Under the pieces are notes generated by a model. The model worked only from the letters and a program-made list of their open reading frames with translations. It was not told where the DNA came from and ran no database searches. Below are positions 60,551-64,000 of a DNA stretch of 64,000 nucleotides, piece after piece. The position numbers and the translations under genes were made by a program. The stretch covers positions 4,092,001 through 4,156,000 of the forward strand of contig OZ361257.1 in the NCBI GenBank assembly GCA_977018835.1. The letters run 5' to 3'. Numbering within the stretch: the first letter of the stretch is position 1; each line of letters starts with the position of its first letter. This DNA is from Minutocellus sp. GHC0000111 (Eukaryota).

Positions 60551-60789
60551 GGCTCTTCTGCTGGTGAGGTAGAGAGCGGCGCCCGATAAATGATACGAAA
60601 CGTCATCGTCAGCCGCGGCAGCCAGGATTTCGCGGCGATAAACAGGCGCCTGTACTTCAAGACAATTGACTTGAGCGACGAAGCGTTATCGTATTAGTCT
60701 GTATCAGGCCCAGATTGTGCCGGATACGACTGTATTTCGTCACACCGTCTCAGAGTGAATATCAAGACGTAAAGGAACCGGATGCTAAT

Positions 60790-61809
60790 ATGAGTCGACA
60801 GTCCTCAGCTTTCATCATATTTGCTCTCATTGGTAGCGTCTCTTCGGGGTTTGGGTCAGCTAATGGCTTTTCTCCACACCACAACTCATGCTCGCTATCT
60901 CAACTGGCGCGCAACCGCAAACAACCATCGACGGCACTTTCATCATCAGCAGCAAGCATCGGTGGCGACATAAACGCACTGATATCTCGCCTATCTCCTG
61001 ATGCTGATACCGATGCAACCACACCGCAAGTTTACATAATTGGGACTGGTGTATCGAATGAAGTGATAAACCTGCCGCTCTCGACCCTGGCTATCTTATC
61101 AAAGGCAGCCGTGGTCCTCCACGACAATTTGTCACTTTCAGAGGAAGAAATACGCAAGGTGGTTCCAGAAGGCTGCATAGTTCAAAGTGTCGGCAAACGA
61201 GGAGATGATGCATCGTCCGTGCCGCAATCAGAAATCGACCGGCTGCTTGTAGAGTCCGCTAAAGAGCCAGAAAAGTATCCAACGATACTCCGTCTCAAAT
61301 CGGGCGATCCGTTCCTCTTTGGAAGGTCACGAACCGAAATTGACGCTCTTCGCGAGAACAACATTTCATACAGAGTTATACCAAACCTGAGCTCGTCGAT
61401 TGCAGGCCCACATTACGCAGGAATGCCACTCACAGACCCCTTGCTTGATTCCCAGAGCTTTGCAGTGTTCAGCGGTACCAACGCACAGGGCATCGGTATT
61501 GGAGGTGACGGTGACACCGATTGGGGAGACATTGGTGTTGATACGCTGGTATTTCTCATGATCGGACGTTTGGATAAGTTGGGACAGTTATCGCAAAGAC
61601 TGGTGGACTCCAATGGCGATCGATGGACTGCTGATACTCCATGTGCAATCGTGCAGAGCGCTGGAAGAGCCGAGCAGAAAGTGTGGAGGGCAACGTTGGC
61701 TACAATTGTACAATCAATTCAGAGTGATTTGGGAGGAGATTGCAAGACAGTGTCACCGGCGATATTTGTTGCTGGCAATGTGGCATCGCTTGCTTTGAAA
61801 GGGGTGTAA
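60790..61809 (+). CDS. cobA: Uroporphyrinogen-III C-methyltransferase (copy 2)
   Basis: Identical to 45194-46213. Confidence 0.88.
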   Translation: MSRQSSAFIIFALIGSVSSGFGSANGFSPHHNSCSLSQLARNRKQPSTALSSSAASIGGDINALISRLSPDADTDATTPQVYIIGTGVSNEVINLPLSTLAILSKAAVVLHDNLSLSEEEIRKVVPEGCIVQSVGKRGDDASSVPQSEIDRLLVESAKEPEKYPTILRLKSGDPFLFGRSRTEIDALRENNISYRVIPNLSSSIAGPHYAGMPLTDPLLDSQSFAVFSGTNAQGIGIGGDGDTDWGDIGVDTLVFLMIGRLDKLGQLSQRLVDSNGDRWTADTPCAIVQSAGRAEQKVWRATLATIVQSIQSDLGGDCKTVSPAIFVAGNVASLALKGV

Positions 61810-61882
61810 AAATATATTGGAATCAAATAACGCAACTCGCTAGTAACACAACAATTTCATTTGTAGCCTCTGGCTGGAAAGC

Positions 61883-62911
61883 TTATCGTCGTCCCTTCTT
61901 GCCCTTCTTTCCTTTCTTGCCACCTCGTTCCATTCCACCACCCTTTTCGGCCGCTCGGCCAAGAGCCTTCTTGGCCATCTTCAAATCAGTTCCAGAGCCC
62001 ATGCCCTTCATATCAGCAGCTCCGTGCTTGCCCTTGCGATGACCGCCACCTCCTCCCATCACCTCGCGCTTGCGCTTCTTGCTTGGCAGATTGGATCTCA
62101 CTTGGCCCATGTACTTCTTTACATTACCGGCATATTTCTGTGCTTCATCAATGTGAGGCTTGTTCGACACAATACCCTGCAAATCCGGATCGTCTGATTC
62201 ATCATCCGATGGTATCCCATACGTTGTTGTGACGATGACCGATCCACCGAATTGATTCGTTGTCTCAGCATCGTTGTAGGTCTTTTTGGTCTCCTCTACT
62301 TCTTCGTGATCATGTTTGCTCATCTTTCTCTTCTCTGACCTTTTGCGTTCAGTTGAGGATACCGATGCATCACCGTCATCTGATTCCCCTTCGCTATTAC
62401 TAGCGCTTGCACTGCTATCGCTGTCATCGTCGTCATCATCGTCGTCGCCCTGTCCCTTGGCCAATCGCTTGAGCTTCTCGGCTTCTTCAATTTGTTCAAG
62501 GCGGCTCTTTCTGTCTTCCTTCTTCCTTTCTAATTTCTCCTTGCGGTCCTTGACCTTTTGCATTGCCAAGCCAAACACCCGCCGTTCCTTCTTTCTTGCT
62601 GACATTCCCGTGAGATATTCTCGTCTGGCTTCTGGATCGAAAGTAATTTCCAATTTTCGCCTGCCACCGAAGCCACCTCCATGACCGCGACCACCTCTGC
62701 CTCTCCCGCCACCTCTGCCTCTCCCGCCTCTTCCGCCTCTGCCTTGCTTTTTGAAGCCGCCGCGTGAATTGCCTTCGAAGCCACCTCCATGACCGCGACC
62801 ACCTCTGCCTCTCCCGCCACCTCTGCCTCTCCCGCCTCTTCCGCCTCTTCCGCCTCTGCCTTGCTTTTTGAAGCCGCCGCGTGAATTGCCTTCTCTGTTG
62901 CCCCTGCCCAT
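61883..62911 (-). CDS. RRP17: Nop25/Rrp17 family protein (copy 2)
   Basis: Identical to 46287-47315. Confidence 0.78.
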   Translation of the reverse strand: MGRGNREGNSRGGFKKQGRGGRGGRGGRGRGGGRGRGGRGHGGGFEGNSRGGFKKQGRGGRGGRGRGGGRGRGGRGHGGGFGGRRKLEITFDPEARREYLTGMSARKKERRVFGLAMQKVKDRKEKLERKKEDRKSRLEQIEEAEKLKRLAKGQGDDDDDDDDSDSSASASNSEGESDDGDASVSSTERKRSEKRKMSKHDHEEVEETKKTYNDAETTNQFGGSVIVTTTYGIPSDDESDDPDLQGIVSNKPHIDEAQKYAGNVKKYMGQVRSNLPSKKRKREVMGGGGGHRKGKHGAADMKGMGSGTDLKMAKKALGRAAEKGGGMERGGKKGKKGKKGRR

Positions 62912-63210
62912 GTTGCTTGCTTCAGAAATGGCCGAATTGGTGGAGCGCGAGAATGACTCATAACCTGATAGATCATCGATCGACGCCGGTGACTCACTGC
63001 CTCACCCGACTTTCGGAGAGTCTTCCTCATTACCGGTAATTCTATTTGCTTGATATCCCCAAACAGTAGATGTAAAGTAGGCAAAGACGTCAAAATCCAA
63101 TAGAAATGAGGAAGTGCACATTATGTGCTGCTTTCTCGAGCTCTTCAATAATCACAACCTGCAAACCCACCATCAATAATTCTATCCAAAATCTCTCTAA
63201 TATTAAGCTC

Positions 63211-63681
63211 CTACTCCTCAACACCCTCCTCCTTGGCCTGTGTCGGACTCTCATCAGACCCCTCAAGCATGTTGGCATCACTTGATGCCTCCTCCTCGTC
63301 GTCATCATCTTCTTGAAACCACGGAGCAATGCCAGCCTCCTCCCGATCGACGCCCAGTCGCTTCATCTGCCACTGTCCCAAGACACTGGCACTCTGGATG
63401 GGACTCCACCCTCTCACGGTGCCCTGCAAGTAATAATAATCATCGGCATTGCCCGCAAAAATGCGCTTGCCGAACCATCCCCCGAAACTTTCCTTGGATA
63501 TGCTAAAGAATTGATTGGGCACATCCACGCTCCACTTGCCCTTTCCACCGTCGCCCCAGATGGCCACGTTGGTCGGCGTCGATCCCGGTCCACCGCCATT
63601 GTCGTCGACGATCAGCCGCACCCACGTCTCCTTGATGACGTCCTCGTTGTCGTTCCATACGATGCCAATCTTCCATTCCGA
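63211..63681 (-). pseudogene. 3' gene fragment (copy 2 of 47615-48085)
   Basis: Identical translation. Confidence 0.5.
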
Positions 63682-64000
63682 ACGGAGGTTCCCAAATGTT
63701 GAAAAGTTGAACATTCTGTGTCTTCTTGAACGGGCAGGAACATTCTATTACGGTGACGAACAGTTCACCATTTCGCTGGAGGCCGCCCATTCCACTCCTT
63801 CATTCCTCTCCGCCTTTCCGAGGTTGAAAACGGCGTTTGTGGGAGGAAGACTGAAAGATGACGAGAACGAGATTCTTGATGAAGTGTATAAGCCGTACGT
63901 ATGTATTGGTCCTGAGGGGCATGAGGAGATCATTCGCGGGCTTATTTTTACGACAACGGGTGCATTCATGTCGGGCCTGCTCTCTTCTAATATGTCGATG

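Larger units (their letters stand above)
53385..64000 (+). repeat. Second unit of the 15,596-bp direct duplication (copy of 37789-48404, continues beyond window)
   Basis: Identical ORF set at +15596. Confidence 0.92.

Overview
Eukaryotic DNA, most likely from a diatom. The evidence is GT-AG introns, signal peptide + 'AF' plastid-targeting presequences and a CoDi-type copia gag-protease. The left 37 kb is a rearranged, transposon-rich zone. It holds a truncated copia element, a TM9SF gene, and two families of TA-flanked DD38D/DD39D mariner-like elements: A in 2 copies and B in 3 copies plus a fragment. These lie within an ~8.6-kb inverted duplication (11527-20144 / 28341-36953). The right part is a block of ordinary genes repeated in direct orientation with a 15,596-bp offset (second copy starts at 53385 and runs off the window). 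The most striking signal is a directional TpA->TpG/CpA (A-to-G, both strands) hypermutation of the transposon copies and adjacent duplicated DNA, with a 5'-TAY preference. It is polarised by TA target sites and by an intact host gene. It runs opposite to RIP and CpG decay and suggests a repeat-targeted DNA adenine-deamination defence. Stacked TA-CC-TA-GG-TA excision-footprint-like palindromes and a 73-bp MITE are also present. Several 1-bp frameshifts may be long-read consensus errors.
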